This document shows, piece after piece, positions 46,378-56,269 of a DNA stretch of 64,000 nucleotides. Below the pieces are notes generated by a model that was not told the DNA's origin, ran no database searches, and saw only the letters and a program-made list of their open reading frames with translations. The stretch spans positions 128,001 to 192,000 of the forward strand of contig JBMOPW010000020.1 of the NCBI GenBank assembly GCA_049322915.1. Direction: 5' to 3'. This DNA comes from Candidatus Zhuqueibacterota bacterium (GTDB lineage Bacteria > Zhuqueibacterota > Zhuqueibacteria > Thermofontimicrobiales > Thermofontimicrobiaceae). A program made the translations under genes and the position numbers. Positions within the stretch are counted from its first letter, which is position 1. Each line of letters starts with the position of its first letter.

Positions 46378-48897
46378 ATGAAGAAACGCTGTTGTTGGGC
46401 GGTTTTATTCGTGCTGCTCGGATTGACTTCCCTGCCATTGTTCTCACAATCGCTGCAACATCCAAATGAATATTTTAATCTCACCCTGGGCGCAGACCGT
46501 ACGCTCGTCAACTATGAGCAACTCCTCGACTATTTCGACTATCTCTCCCGGCATTCTCCCCGAATTCAAATCGAAAACCTGGGTGTTACAACTGAGCGTC
46601 GTTCGCTTGTGCTGGCAATTATCAGTTCGGAAAAAAACATGCGTCACCTGGAGCAACTCCGCAGCATGCAGCAGGCACTGGCTGACCCACGCCGGGTGAA
46701 ACAGGACGAGCTCTCCATGCTGCTGTCTCAGGGAAGATCGATTGTCAGCGTCAACTGTTCCATTCACTCGACGGAAATTGGAGCCACGCAAATGGCGCCG
46801 CTGCTGGCCTACTATCTGACGACCGATACCTCGCGCTACGTGCGGGAAATACTGGATGAAGTGATTCTATTGCTGCTGCCGTGTCAAAATCCGGATGGGA
46901 TGAATAGCGTTGTCGACTGGTACAAGCGCAATCTGGGAACTCAGTATGAAACCGCGCCGCTGCCGTGGCTGTACCACACCTATACCGGGCATGATATCAA
47001 TCGGGATTGGTACATGCTGAGCCAGCGGGAGACGCGACTCACGGCCGAGAAAATTTACAATGTCTGGCACCCTGTCATCACGCTGGATATGCATCAGATG
47101 GGCGGCCAGGGCGTGCGACTGTTCGTTCCGCCCTACGTCGATCCGATCGATCCAAACGTGGATCCGCTTCTGGTCAGTGAGATCAATATGCTGGGCTGCA
47201 CCATCGCAGCGGATTTGACAGCCAGGGGTAAGTCCGGCGTCATCACACATAGTGGATTTGACGCCTGGTCGCCGTCCCGGACCTACAGCCATTACCACGG
47301 CGGAATCCGCATTCTCTCCGAAGTCGCAAGCTGCTACATCGCAACACCCATTGAACCAATTTCCGAACGCCATCCGTCCCGAACCATGAAGCCATCGTGG
47401 AATCTGCCGCTGCCGTGGAACGAGTCCGCGTGGCGTCTGTCCGATATTATCGATTATGACAGGGACGTGGTTCTGTCCGTACTGACTCACGCGGCGCGGT
47501 ATCGGGAGAACTGGCTGCGAAATTTTTATCAGGTGGGCGTGAACGCCATCCGAGATACGTCCTGCTTCGCCTATGTCATTCCCGACAGCCAGCGCGATCC
47601 GGCCCTGGCCTGGGAGTTGTTGCGCGTGCTGGAACGGGGACAGGTGGAAATTCATCGCTCAGAATCCGGTTTCCAGGCTGACGGCAAGCGCTTTGAAGCG
47701 GGCAGCTATATCGTGTACAATGCCCAGCCGTACGGCGCGTTCGCCCGAACCCTGCTGAACGCGCAGCATTATTCGTGGGAAGAAAACGCCCAGGCTTACG
47801 ACATCGTTGGGCATACGCTTCCGTTGGCGATGGGAGTCAGTGTCGACCGAATTCGCCGGCCATTCGATGTCGCTGTCAGTAAAATGGATACGTGCCTGTT
47901 GGCTGAAGGCGTCGTCGTTGATTCGGCCGCTAAACTTTTTTTGTGCGAAAACCGATCTACCTACACGGCCAGAGCCATAAACCAATTGCTGAAAAAGGGC
48001 GTCCCTGTTCACTGGTCGGTCAAGCCAGTTGAAATCGATGGCCGCGTTTATTCCGAAGGCAGCATCGTCGTGGAGACGGATCGCGCTGCCGAGGTCTTGC
48101 AGCCTCTGTCCCGCGATCTGGGATTGTCGTTCTTCGGCGCCCGACTGAGAAAAGAAGACCTGTCGCTGAAGCGAATCCGGCCATTCACGGCTGGATTGTA
48201 CCGGAGCTGGACCGCCAATATCGATGAAGGCTGGCTGCGATTCGTTCTGGAGGAATATGGCTTCAATTTCAAACCTCTCTTTGATGCGGATATCCGCGCC
48301 GGCAAGCTGGGGCGAACATGTCACGCCATCATTTTCCCGGATATCGCGGGGGATGGAATTGTGCACGGCAATCGGCCGGAGCGGATGCCGGAGCTCTATT
48401 GCGGCGGCATTGGCGAGGAAGGCATTCAAAATTTGAAGTCGTTTGTGCTGGAAGGGGGAACGCTTGTCCTCGTCGGGGACGCTGCATTTTTAGGATTGAA
48501 TCATTTCGATGCGCCGGTGGGCGATTTCCAGGCCAGCCAGACAAAAGGATTTCGCGTCGGCGGGTCCATCCTCAAACTGAATCTGGATACCACCTCGCCG
48601 ATCTGTTACGGGATGCCGGCGCAGGTGAGCATCCTGTTTCAGCAGCGGAATCCCCTGTTCGAGACAGCGACTGCCCGCACCGTCGGTCGGTTTCCTGACA
48701 AGGATTTGCTGCTGAGCGGCGGACTGTTGGGCGAGGAGGCCATCGCCAATAAAGCTGCCATTGTCCACGTCCCTTATGGCAAAGGCCAGCTCATCCTGTT
48801 CGGATTTCGACCCTATTTCCGCGCGCAAACCCGGGGGACGTACAAATTATTATTCAATGCCCTGTTTTTATCCAATTTGAAAAAGCAGGAAAATTAG
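46378..48897 (+). CDS. M14-family zinc carboxypeptidase, exported
   Basis: Signal peptide, HSTE (HxxE), NPDG, DINRD, DMHQM; C-terminal class I glutamine amidotransferase-like region. Confidence 0.9.
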   Translation: MKKRCCWAVLFVLLGLTSLPLFSQSLQHPNEYFNLTLGADRTLVNYEQLLDYFDYLSRHSPRIQIENLGVTTERRSLVLAIISSEKNMRHLEQLRSMQQALADPRRVKQDELSMLLSQGRSIVSVNCSIHSTEIGATQMAPLLAYYLTTDTSRYVREILDEVILLLLPCQNPDGMNSVVDWYKRNLGTQYETAPLPWLYHTYTGHDINRDWYMLSQRETRLTAEKIYNVWHPVITLDMHQMGGQGVRLFVPPYVDPIDPNVDPLLVSEINMLGCTIAADLTARGKSGVITHSGFDAWSPSRTYSHYHGGIRILSEVASCYIATPIEPISERHPSRTMKPSWNLPLPWNESAWRLSDIIDYDRDVVLSVLTHAARYRENWLRNFYQVGVNAIRDTSCFAYVIPDSQRDPALAWELLRVLERGQVEIHRSESGFQADGKRFEAGSYIVYNAQPYGAFARTLLNAQHYSWEENAQAYDIVGHTLPLAMGVSVDRIRRPFDVAVSKMDTCLLAEGVVVDSAAKLFLCENRSTYTARAINQLLKKGVPVHWSVKPVEIDGRVYSEGSIVVETDRAAEVLQPLSRDLGLSFFGARLRKEDLSLKRIRPFTAGLYRSWTANIDEGWLRFVLEEYGFNFKPLFDADIRAGKLGRTCHAIIFPDIAGDGIVHGNRPERMPELYCGGIGEEGIQNLKSFVLEGGTLVLVGDAAFLGLNHFDAPVGDFQASQTKGFRVGGSILKLNLDTTSPICYGMPAQVSILFQQRNPLFETATARTVGRFPDKDLLLSGGLLGEEAIANKAAIVHVPYGKGQLILFGFRPYFRAQTRGTYKLLFNALFLSNLKKQEN

Positions 48898-48970
48898 CGT
48901 CGATGCAAAGGCGCTGGGCCGCTCCGCTGCCGGCCAATTCATTCACCAAACGCCACGAAAGGGTACAATT

Positions 48971-49702
48971 ATGGTGCATTCCACCCGCGATGTGAGTCCT
49001 TATTTGCGAAGTATCAAAGACTGGCAGGTTCGTGATATTATCAGTCGCTACCTTGAAGCGTTCATTATGTTCAAAGAATTCAACCAATCGTTCAGCAAGG
49101 GCGAGATCATGTCGTTCGGCAATCTTCGGAAAATCCATGACATTTTATGGGATGTGAAGGAGAAGCTGCATCTCATTTTCAAGCGCGTAATAAATCCGAA
49201 AAAGCGCATCTTTGAGCAGGCGAATAAATTCACGCCGACAGCAAGTGAAATCGATTTCATGAACAATGTTGGATTGCTCTTTCACAAAGTGATGGTAGCG
49301 CGGGAGTTGAAATACGTTCTGGATTATTACCAGGAAGAGGACGCCGGATTTCAGGAGACAAAGGCATCGCTCGACCACAATCTGGATCGGGTAAGCGCCT
49401 TGTTCGATCAGGGAGTTGAGCTGCTGGTTCAGACGCTGGTCAATTACAGGGACAATATTCAACTGCTCACCTATTTTCTGGAAAATAAAGAAGTCTGCGA
49501 ACCGCTGCTGAAGCGGCGTCATGAAGAGATATTGAAGATAATTTCCGGAGGGAGCGCGCTCGAAGATATTTACATGGCCGTGGTGAGGTACTACCAGTAT
49601 AGCGGCTGGATCCATAAGGCGGAAGTGGTTTTGAAAGAACTGTTGGATATTCGGCCGGGACATAAAGAGGCGACCGTGCTTCTGCAGGCGATCAATATGT
49701 AG
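48971..49702 (+). CDS. Hypothetical all-helical protein with a C-terminal TPR-like motif
   Basis: 243-aa ORF with RBS; YQYSGWIHKAEVVLKELLDIRPGH. Confidence 0.75.
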   Translation: MVHSTRDVSPYLRSIKDWQVRDIISRYLEAFIMFKEFNQSFSKGEIMSFGNLRKIHDILWDVKEKLHLIFKRVINPKKRIFEQANKFTPTASEIDFMNNVGLLFHKVMVARELKYVLDYYQEEDAGFQETKASLDHNLDRVSALFDQGVELLVQTLVNYRDNIQLLTYFLENKEVCEPLLKRRHEEILKIISGGSALEDIYMAVVRYYQYSGWIHKAEVVLKELLDIRPGHKEATVLLQAINM

Positions 49703-49703
49703 C

Positions 49704-50657
49704 TCAATCCTGATCCGCGTATTTGATGAGCGTCACCTCGTTGCCGCTTTCATTGAATTTCACCTCATCGAAATAAAACCGGGTCATCAAAATCCCTCGT
49801 CCGTGCGGCCGGCTGAGCGTTTCCATGTCATCTTCGTAAGTCACGGATTCCCAATCGAATCCCTTTCCCTGGTCGCGAATGGTGAACCGGAGCTTTTCAT
49901 CATCCATTTCGTAATCGATGATCACTTTCCTTTTCTGATAATCCGGATTATTGAATCGCGCTTCCAGCAAATCGTTGTAAGCGTCCTGATCCAGCGCGTG
50001 GCTCTTTTCCTCGAAGGTGATATCGAGATTGCCGTGCTCGATGGCGTTGATGATCATTTCATACAAGCCGGTCTTCAATCCGGTCAGAGAAGCCGGTTTG
50101 CAAATATTGGAAGCGCACTGGAGCAACTGGTTGATCACGCCGGAGATTTCATAGATATTATTATCAACGGATAACAGCTTCCGTTCCTGCTTCACCGGCA
50201 CCACAGTTATTTTCTTCTGCTGCTCCTCGTGATACAGAGTAACGATTTTTTTTGTGATCAAGATAAGCTCCTCAATGTTGACAGGCTTTTTTAAATAATT
50301 CAATGCGCCGGCTCTCAGGGCGCGAATGATCATTTCTTCCGTGCCGTAGCCGGAGAGCAACACCACGTTTGCGCCGGGGTCCAGCTCTTTCAATTTTTCG
50401 AGAAAGGTGAGCCCGTCCATCACCGGCATGATGATGTCGCTGAAGACGCAGATCGGTTTGAATTGACGATACAATTCCAGAGCCTCTTTGCCATTGCCGG
50501 CGCATACGATTTTGTAGGTGCTGAATTTGGCGAGAGTCCTTTGTATGAGCAATCGAATCATCTCTTCGTCATCGACCACCAGAATCGTGACGTGTTCTTC
50601 TTTCAGTATTATCCTGTTTGGAATCATGAGTTGTACAGTTGTATTAATTTTTCCCAC
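49704..50657 (-). CDS. Response regulator receiver fused to an RsbW-like HATPase domain
   Basis: VVDDE, SDIIMP.MDG, KP; EMIINAIEHGN, DQGKGF, GRGI, FNESGN. Confidence 0.9.
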   Translation of the reverse strand: MGKINTTVQLMIPNRIILKEEHVTILVVDDEEMIRLLIQRTLAKFSTYKIVCAGNGKEALELYRQFKPICVFSDIIMPVMDGLTFLEKLKELDPGANVVLLSGYGTEEMIIRALRAGALNYLKKPVNIEELILITKKIVTLYHEEQQKKITVVPVKQERKLLSVDNNIYEISGVINQLLQCASNICKPASLTGLKTGLYEMIINAIEHGNLDITFEEKSHALDQDAYNDLLEARFNNPDYQKRKVIIDYEMDDEKLRFTIRDQGKGFDWESVTYEDDMETLSRPHGRGILMTRFYFDEVKFNESGNEVTLIKYADQD

Positions 50658-50902
50658 ACATGCAAACGGTTTTCTCTTTTATTTTCGACATGTTTCTATT
50701 TTTATTCATCGTGTTTAAGAAAAATTAAGAATTGCGCCGGTTGCAACAGCCATATCCCGTACCAAACGGACGAAGCAGCGTGTGCCTTGCTCTGGAAAGA
50801 CATGCTATTTCCGCACATGCAATCAATGCCCGGAACAGGAATGCGAAGGACGCGTTGGCGCAGGGTGCCATGCGGCTCGCCAGGAGATTCCCAATTCGGG
50901 GC

Positions 50903-50931
50903 TTGACTTGTACGCTTAATTTTTTTATATT
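50903..50931 (+). promoter_or_regulatory. Sigma-70 promoter upstream of araA
   Basis: TTGACT-N17-TATATT. Confidence 0.6.
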
Positions 50932-51056
50932 GGCTGAACAAAGCCGGGACCATCCCGGAATAGGTCGGGGAAGGCATCCCCGGGTTTCGATTGCAGACCA
51001 AAGGATGAGCGTTCGAAGCGGTGCTTCTGCGACGGTTGGTTCGATTTAATTAATTT

Positions 51057-51193
51057 CTAAATTGAGCGATAAGCGAACAGCATTCAGCCATCAGCTTATA
51101 ACAACAATGAATTGGGACATTTGCAAGGTTTCACACATTTGGCGATAGCTGATAGCTGACGGCTGATAGCTATAAGCTATTCGCTTCTTTTCG
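51057..51193. repeat. Miniature element with opposed heptamer arrays, copy 2
   Basis: Shares its left end with 35641; right end GCGATA-GCTGATA-GCTGACG-GCTGATA-GCTATAA-GCT. Confidence 0.7.
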
Positions 51194-51224
51194 TTAATCA
51201 TCTACTGAGTGAAAGGTATGATCC

Positions 51225-52721
51225 ATGATCCATTTCAAGGAACTGGAAGTCTGGTTTGTGACTGGCAGTCAGCACCTGTACGGCGAAGCCACCCTGGCGC
51301 GGGTGGCAGAAGATTCCACTGCCATTGCAAACGCATTGAACGACTCGTTGAAAATCCCTGTGCGCGTTGTGTTCAAACCGGTACTGAAAACGCCGGATGA
51401 AATTTACAATCTCTGCATCGAGGCCAATACCTCGCCGCGGTGCATCGGGCTCTTGACCTGGATGCACACGTTTTCCCCTGCGAAAATGTGGATTGATGGA
51501 TTGAAGGCGCTCCACAAGCCTTTTCTGCACCTGCATACCCAGTTCAATCAGCTCATTCCCTGGGCGGATATTGACATGGATTTTATGAACCTCAACCAGT
51601 CGGCGCACGGTGGACGCGAGTTCGGTTTTATCTGCACGCGAATGGGGCTGCATCGTAAAGTGGTGGTCGGACATTGGCAGGATGAAGCGGTGCAAGGCCA
51701 GGTCGCTGTGTGGATGCGCGCCGCGGCTGCCTGGGCCGATTGGCAGGGCGCAAAATTCGCTCGCTTCGGCGATAACATGCGGGAGGTGGCTGTCACTGAA
51801 GGGGATAAGGTGGAGGCGCAGATCAAATTGGGATATTCCGTCAATGGGTACGGTGTCGGCGAACTGGTCGATCGCGTTCAGGCTGTGGCGGATCCCGACG
51901 TCGGCCGGCTGGTGGCGGAGTACCTCGATTCATACCAGGTGGCAGCTTCCCTCCGCCAGTCCGGGGTGAAGAATCATTCGCTGCGAACCGCGGCGAAGAT
52001 CGAATTGGGTCTGCGCGCTTTTCTCACGGAAGGAAATTTTAAAGGCTTCACCACGACGTTCGAAGACCTGCATGGCCTCGATCAATTGCCCGGTCTGGCG
52101 GTGCAACGGCTCATGGCTGATGGCTACGGATTTGGCGCCGAGGGTGACTGGAAAACAGCGGCGCTGGTTCGCGCCATGAAAGTGATGAGCGTCGGATTAG
52201 AAGGCGGCACATCTTTCATGGAGGATTATACCTATCACCTGGATCCCGCCGGCATGAAAGTGCTTGGCGCGCACATGTTGGAAGTATGCGCTTCCATCGC
52301 GCCGGACAAACCCTCGCTGGAGGTGCATCCCCTTTCCATCGGCGGCAAGGCGGATCCGGCGCGACTCGTGTTCGATGTTCCTCCCGGGCCTGCGTTAAAC
52401 GCCACGTTGATCGATATGGGCAATCGGTTCCGGCTGATTGTCAATGCGGTGGAAGTTATTGCTCCGGCAGCGCCGCTGCCCAAACTCCCTGTGGCGCGAG
52501 CGCTTTGGGTTCCCCTGCCAAATCTCAACGTGGCGGCTGCAGCGTGGATACTGGCCGGGGGCGCGCATCACACCAGTTTCAGCCAGAGCCTTTCAATGGA
52601 ATATCTGGAAGACTTCGCAGGGATGGCCGGCATTGAGTGTCTGTTTATTGATGAATCAACCCGGCTTTCACAATTCAAAAAAGAGCTTCTGTGGAATGAC
52701 GCCGCTTATTCATTCCGATGA
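51225..52721 (+). CDS. araA: L-arabinose isomerase
   Basis: [56 protein letters not shown]. Confidence 0.97.
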   Translation: MIHFKELEVWFVTGSQHLYGEATLARVAEDSTAIANALNDSLKIPVRVVFKPVLKTPDEIYNLCIEANTSPRCIGLLTWMHTFSPAKMWIDGLKALHKPFLHLHTQFNQLIPWADIDMDFMNLNQSAHGGREFGFICTRMGLHRKVVVGHWQDEAVQGQVAVWMRAAAAWADWQGAKFARFGDNMREVAVTEGDKVEAQIKLGYSVNGYGVGELVDRVQAVADPDVGRLVAEYLDSYQVAASLRQSGVKNHSLRTAAKIELGLRAFLTEGNFKGFTTTFEDLHGLDQLPGLAVQRLMADGYGFGAEGDWKTAALVRAMKVMSVGLEGGTSFMEDYTYHLDPAGMKVLGAHMLEVCASIAPDKPSLEVHPLSIGGKADPARLVFDVPPGPALNATLIDMGNRFRLIVNAVEVIAPAAPLPKLPVARALWVPLPNLNVAAAAWILAGGAHHTSFSQSLSMEYLEDFAGMAGIECLFIDESTRLSQFKKELLWNDAAYSFR

Positions 52722-54106
52722 AGTTGCTGAGGCTGCGCCAAATTCATTCTTACAACCAAGACTTGAAGAGGTCCGCTTTGTTGACATCAAAATCAAAATT
52801 CATTAACAAGTACTTCTGGATTTTTGCCATCGCCCTGATTGCTGTTATGATCGGCATCTCCTCTATCGTGCCTGTCAGTTTTAACTTCAGCTCACCCGAC
52901 CGGGTCAGTCGGATCTACTATGCCGACAATCTCTCCATCGCGCACCAGCAGTTGATTGAAAAATTCAATCGCGAGTACCACGGGAAAATTGAAGTGATCC
53001 CTGTCGATTTGCCCTTCACCAAATTTAGCACCAACGAGCGAAAAGAACTCCTGGCGCGATCGTTGCGCAGCAAGAGCAATCGCATCGATGTCTTTTCCGT
53101 GGACGTCATCTGGGTGCCGCGATTCGCGCGATGGAGCGAGCCGCTCGACCGCTATTTCAGCAAGGCTGAGACAGACTGCATCATCCCTGATGTATTAAAA
53201 TCATGCTACACTGACACCATGTTGTACGCGCTCCCACATTACTCGGATATTGGCGTGTTGTATTATCGCAGCGATCTGCTGAGCCGCCTGCCTGATGCCG
53301 ATGCGCTCGATCAGAAATTACAGCAATCCATCACATGGGAGGAGTTCATCGAGTTGGGCTATCGGTTCCCGCAGTCAAAAGATGCATATTACCTGTTCGC
53401 CGCCGACAATTTTGAAGGCTTGATTTGCAGCTACATCGAAGGACTTGCCGGGCTAAACCAGCCGATGTTTCATAATGATTCCCTGCTGCTGGACACTCCC
53501 AACAGCCGAAAAGCGGTGCAGCTGCTCGTGGATCTGGTACACACGCATCATTTAACATCGCCAGCCGTCACCAAATACGATGAGTTTGAATGCTATCTCT
53601 ATGCTTTTAAAAACAACACTGTGTTTTTCAGGGGCTGGCCTGGTTTTCTGAGGCATTTCAAAAAAATCTTCGATGGCGTCGAAGCGACAAAGTACATCAA
53701 AACCGCGCCGCTGCCTCATTTCAAGGGGGGCGTTCCGGCGTTTGTGTTCGGCGGCTGGAATCTGATGGTCTCCAAATATTCAAACAATAAAGATGAGGCT
53801 GTCACGTTCATCAAATTTTTGCTCCGGGAAGAAAACCAGAAACTTTTCTATAGCACCGGCGGGTACCTGCCGATCATCCAGTCGGTCTACGAAGACACCG
53901 CGTATTGCGCGAAAGAACCGGACATTCAGTTTTATCGGGGACTCATGGAGTCCGGCGTGCACCGGCCGTACCTGGTCGAATATACAAAAATATCAGACAT
54001 CATTTCCTATTATGTCCATCAGGCCATTAAAAAAGAAATAACGGTTGCCGAATGTCTGCAGCGAGCCACTGCCCTCGTGAATGATAACTATGTCCTCATC
54101 AAATAA
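52718..54106 (+). CDS. Membrane-anchored extracellular solute-binding protein (sugar-binding family 1)
   Basis: N-terminal [16 protein letters not shown]...[19 protein letters not shown]; start uncertain. Confidence 0.85.
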   Translation: MKLLRLRQIHSYNQDLKRSALLTSKSKFINKYFWIFAIALIAVMIGISSIVPVSFNFSSPDRVSRIYYADNLSIAHQQLIEKFNREYHGKIEVIPVDLPFTKFSTNERKELLARSLRSKSNRIDVFSVDVIWVPRFARWSEPLDRYFSKAETDCIIPDVLKSCYTDTMLYALPHYSDIGVLYYRSDLLSRLPDADALDQKLQQSITWEEFIELGYRFPQSKDAYYLFAADNFEGLICSYIEGLAGLNQPMFHNDSLLLDTPNSRKAVQLLVDLVHTHHLTSPAVTKYDEFECYLYAFKNNTVFFRGWPGFLRHFKKIFDGVEATKYIKTAPLPHFKGGVPAFVFGGWNLMVSKYSNNKDEAVTFIKFLLREENQKLFYSTGGYLPIIQSVYEDTAYCAKEPDIQFYRGLMESGVHRPYLVEYTKISDIISYYVHQAIKKEITVAECLQRATALVNDNYVLIK

Positions 54107-55610
54107 AAGAGCGCTTACAATGAGAAAATTAAAGAAGAAACGCATTGTCGATAAAGTAAAAAACTATCATTTTGAATTGCGGCATCTGTTGGTCTTGCTG
54201 ATAATCCTGTTTTCGTTTCAAATTTTCACCACGTTAATTCAAAAGGTATCCATGCGGAAGTTCCTGCTGGAAACGCAGGAATGGTATCAGCAAGACTTCG
54301 CCGAACGCATCGCCAATCTCACCGCTACATCGCTGGAGATGCTTTTGGAAACTTCAGCCCTGAACCAGAAACTCGGTCAGGTGGAGATCAAAAAAATCAT
54401 CCAGGCGTTCAACATCATCCTCAGCCAGCAACTCCTCCAGCATCACGTGGAGGATGTCTGCGTCATTTTATCCACCAAGGGCGAGCAGATCATTGCCACG
54501 GACAATGGCCAGGTGCTGTTCTCCTACTTTTTCGAGGAATCGCGGATGCCCATTTTTGCCGATACCACGCATTCGCACGTCATTGAAATGTATAAAAAAC
54601 TGTCCCGGCAGATTGAGGCGTCCGAGCAAATCTACAGTTATCTGGAGGGCAAACAGACCTTCCACGTATTTGTGCCGTTTGTACCCAAAGGCGAATATGC
54701 CGGGGCTGTGTACATGAAGAGCAATCCCGAATTCACATTGATCACCAGCGGCATCATTTCCGGCTACAATGAAATCAGTCTTCTCTCGACCGGTCTGATT
54801 CTGTTCGGGTTACTGGCTATGTTCTACATTTCAACGTACACACTTCAGGAAAGGAATGAGGCGCAGGAGTTGCTGTTTCAGGAGCGGGAACGGCAGATTA
54901 AAGAAAATATCCACCTGCAGAAGGAGTCCCTGTTCACGAAGCGGATTTATCACACGCATCACAAGGCGGAGAAGATCATGGGATTCATCAAGGAAGACCT
55001 GGCCGCGCTGGCCCAGGATAATATCGCCGTCATCAAATATCGGATGACAAAGTATGCCAATTTCATCTCGCGCGTCATCTACGACATGAAGTGGTTCGAG
55101 CCGCCGATTCATGCGATCCGAAATCCCATTTTTCAGACCGATTTAAATGAGTTGATTCGCTTTATAATTGACAATATCTTTTTGCGGATTTCCAAAAACC
55201 GGGATCAAAATGTTTTTCTGCTGGACCTTGATCCGACATTGCCGAAGCTGCAAGTGAATGAATTTGTCATTTGGGAAATTCTGGAGCCGTTGATTCAGAA
55301 CAGCATCGACCATTCGGACGATCAGAAAATTATCGTCAGTATCCGGACGAAATTCGATGCTGACCAGAAAATTTCCCGGGTGGTCGTTTCAGATGGTGGA
55401 AAAGGCATTAATCCGATACTGCTGCAGAAGAATGAAGTGGGAATAAAAAAAATCTTTTTAGAGAATGTGTCCACCAAACCGCAGAGCCGGAAGTCCGGGT
55501 ATGGCTGCTACATCGCCTACGAAATTGCTACCGAGCGATGCGGCTGGACGATCGACGCGGAGAATTTACCGGATCGGGGCTGCCAGTTTATATTGACGAT
55601 CCCGCATTAA
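54081..55610 (+). CDS. Membrane sensor histidine kinase
   Basis: Two TM helices around a periplasmic domain; HATPase boxes LIQNSIDH, DGGKGI, GYGCYI; atypical H-box YHTHHKAE. Confidence 0.85.
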   Translation: MITMSSSNKRALTMRKLKKKRIVDKVKNYHFELRHLLVLLIILFSFQIFTTLIQKVSMRKFLLETQEWYQQDFAERIANLTATSLEMLLETSALNQKLGQVEIKKIIQAFNIILSQQLLQHHVEDVCVILSTKGEQIIATDNGQVLFSYFFEESRMPIFADTTHSHVIEMYKKLSRQIEASEQIYSYLEGKQTFHVFVPFVPKGEYAGAVYMKSNPEFTLITSGIISGYNEISLLSTGLILFGLLAMFYISTYTLQERNEAQELLFQERERQIKENIHLQKESLFTKRIYHTHHKAEKIMGFIKEDLAALAQDNIAVIKYRMTKYANFISRVIYDMKWFEPPIHAIRNPIFQTDLNELIRFIIDNIFLRISKNRDQNVFLLDLDPTLPKLQVNEFVIWEILEPLIQNSIDHSDDQKIIVSIRTKFDADQKISRVVVSDGGKGINPILLQKNEVGIKKIFLENVSTKPQSRKSGYGCYIAYEIATERCGWTIDAENLPDRGCQFILTIPH

Positions 55611-55721
55611 AAGATGCGGCTGTCTCCTGCATGCACTGCGGCTGACGGATAGCCGCGCTGCAAACGGACATCGTTCCCGCCCCCTGCTTTTTCATCGTGG
55701 AGGCGCTGCTTTTATTTTAAA

Positions 55722-56180
55722 TAGTATCTGTCCGAAAAAACCTCAATTAGCTATGGGGTTGATATTTTCAAACTTCATTACATCAGACCTCATCCACTAA
55801 ACCCTTTCATACCCTGCGGGCAAGAAGGGGAATATCTGTTTTCCCTCGCCTTTTAGGCTTACCCTTACCCATATCTTTTCTAAGGCAGAGGTCGCAGAGA
55901 CCGCAGAGTTTTGTTATTGAAAAAAGATGTTTGCAAACTCATGAAACAAGGTATTTTCCCGGTTATTTTGGTCTTCTGTTACTATGGGTGAACATGATTT
56001 TCATTGGTTGATTGAAAATTTTACAATCACCCAGGCCAATTTAAAGCGGGTCATTTCTCTGCGCCCTTCGCGACCTCTGCGTTTCTATTGATTTGTTAAT
56101 ATCCTCCAACATATGTAAGGATTAGCCATTTAGGAGAGGGTTAAGGTGGGGTCAATATAAGAAGTTTCCGGACGACACTA
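55722..56180. mobile_element. Nested non-autonomous elements (MITE-like > REP-like > MITE-like > nonamer IR)
   Basis: Four concentric pairs of imperfect inverted repeats (detailed in findings); no transposase. Confidence 0.6.
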
Positions 56181-56204
56181 AAACTAACTCTCGAATTCAA
56201 GGAT

Positions 56205-56247
56205 AAAAAAAACACATGGTCGAAAAGTCAGCGACCATGTGTTTTTT
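56205..56247. terminator. Bidirectional intrinsic terminator
   Basis: AAAAAAAACACATGGTCG/CGACCATGTGTTTTTT between convergent genes. Confidence 0.9.
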
Positions 56248-56269
56248 GTTTCGATCAAATTCAACACTA

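Noticed and set aside
50895..51050. tmRNA/tRNA-like look (GGGGCTTGA..., GGTTCGATT)
   Set aside because: No acceptor stem, T-arm geometry, CCA end or tag ORF; the first motif is better explained as a -35 box.
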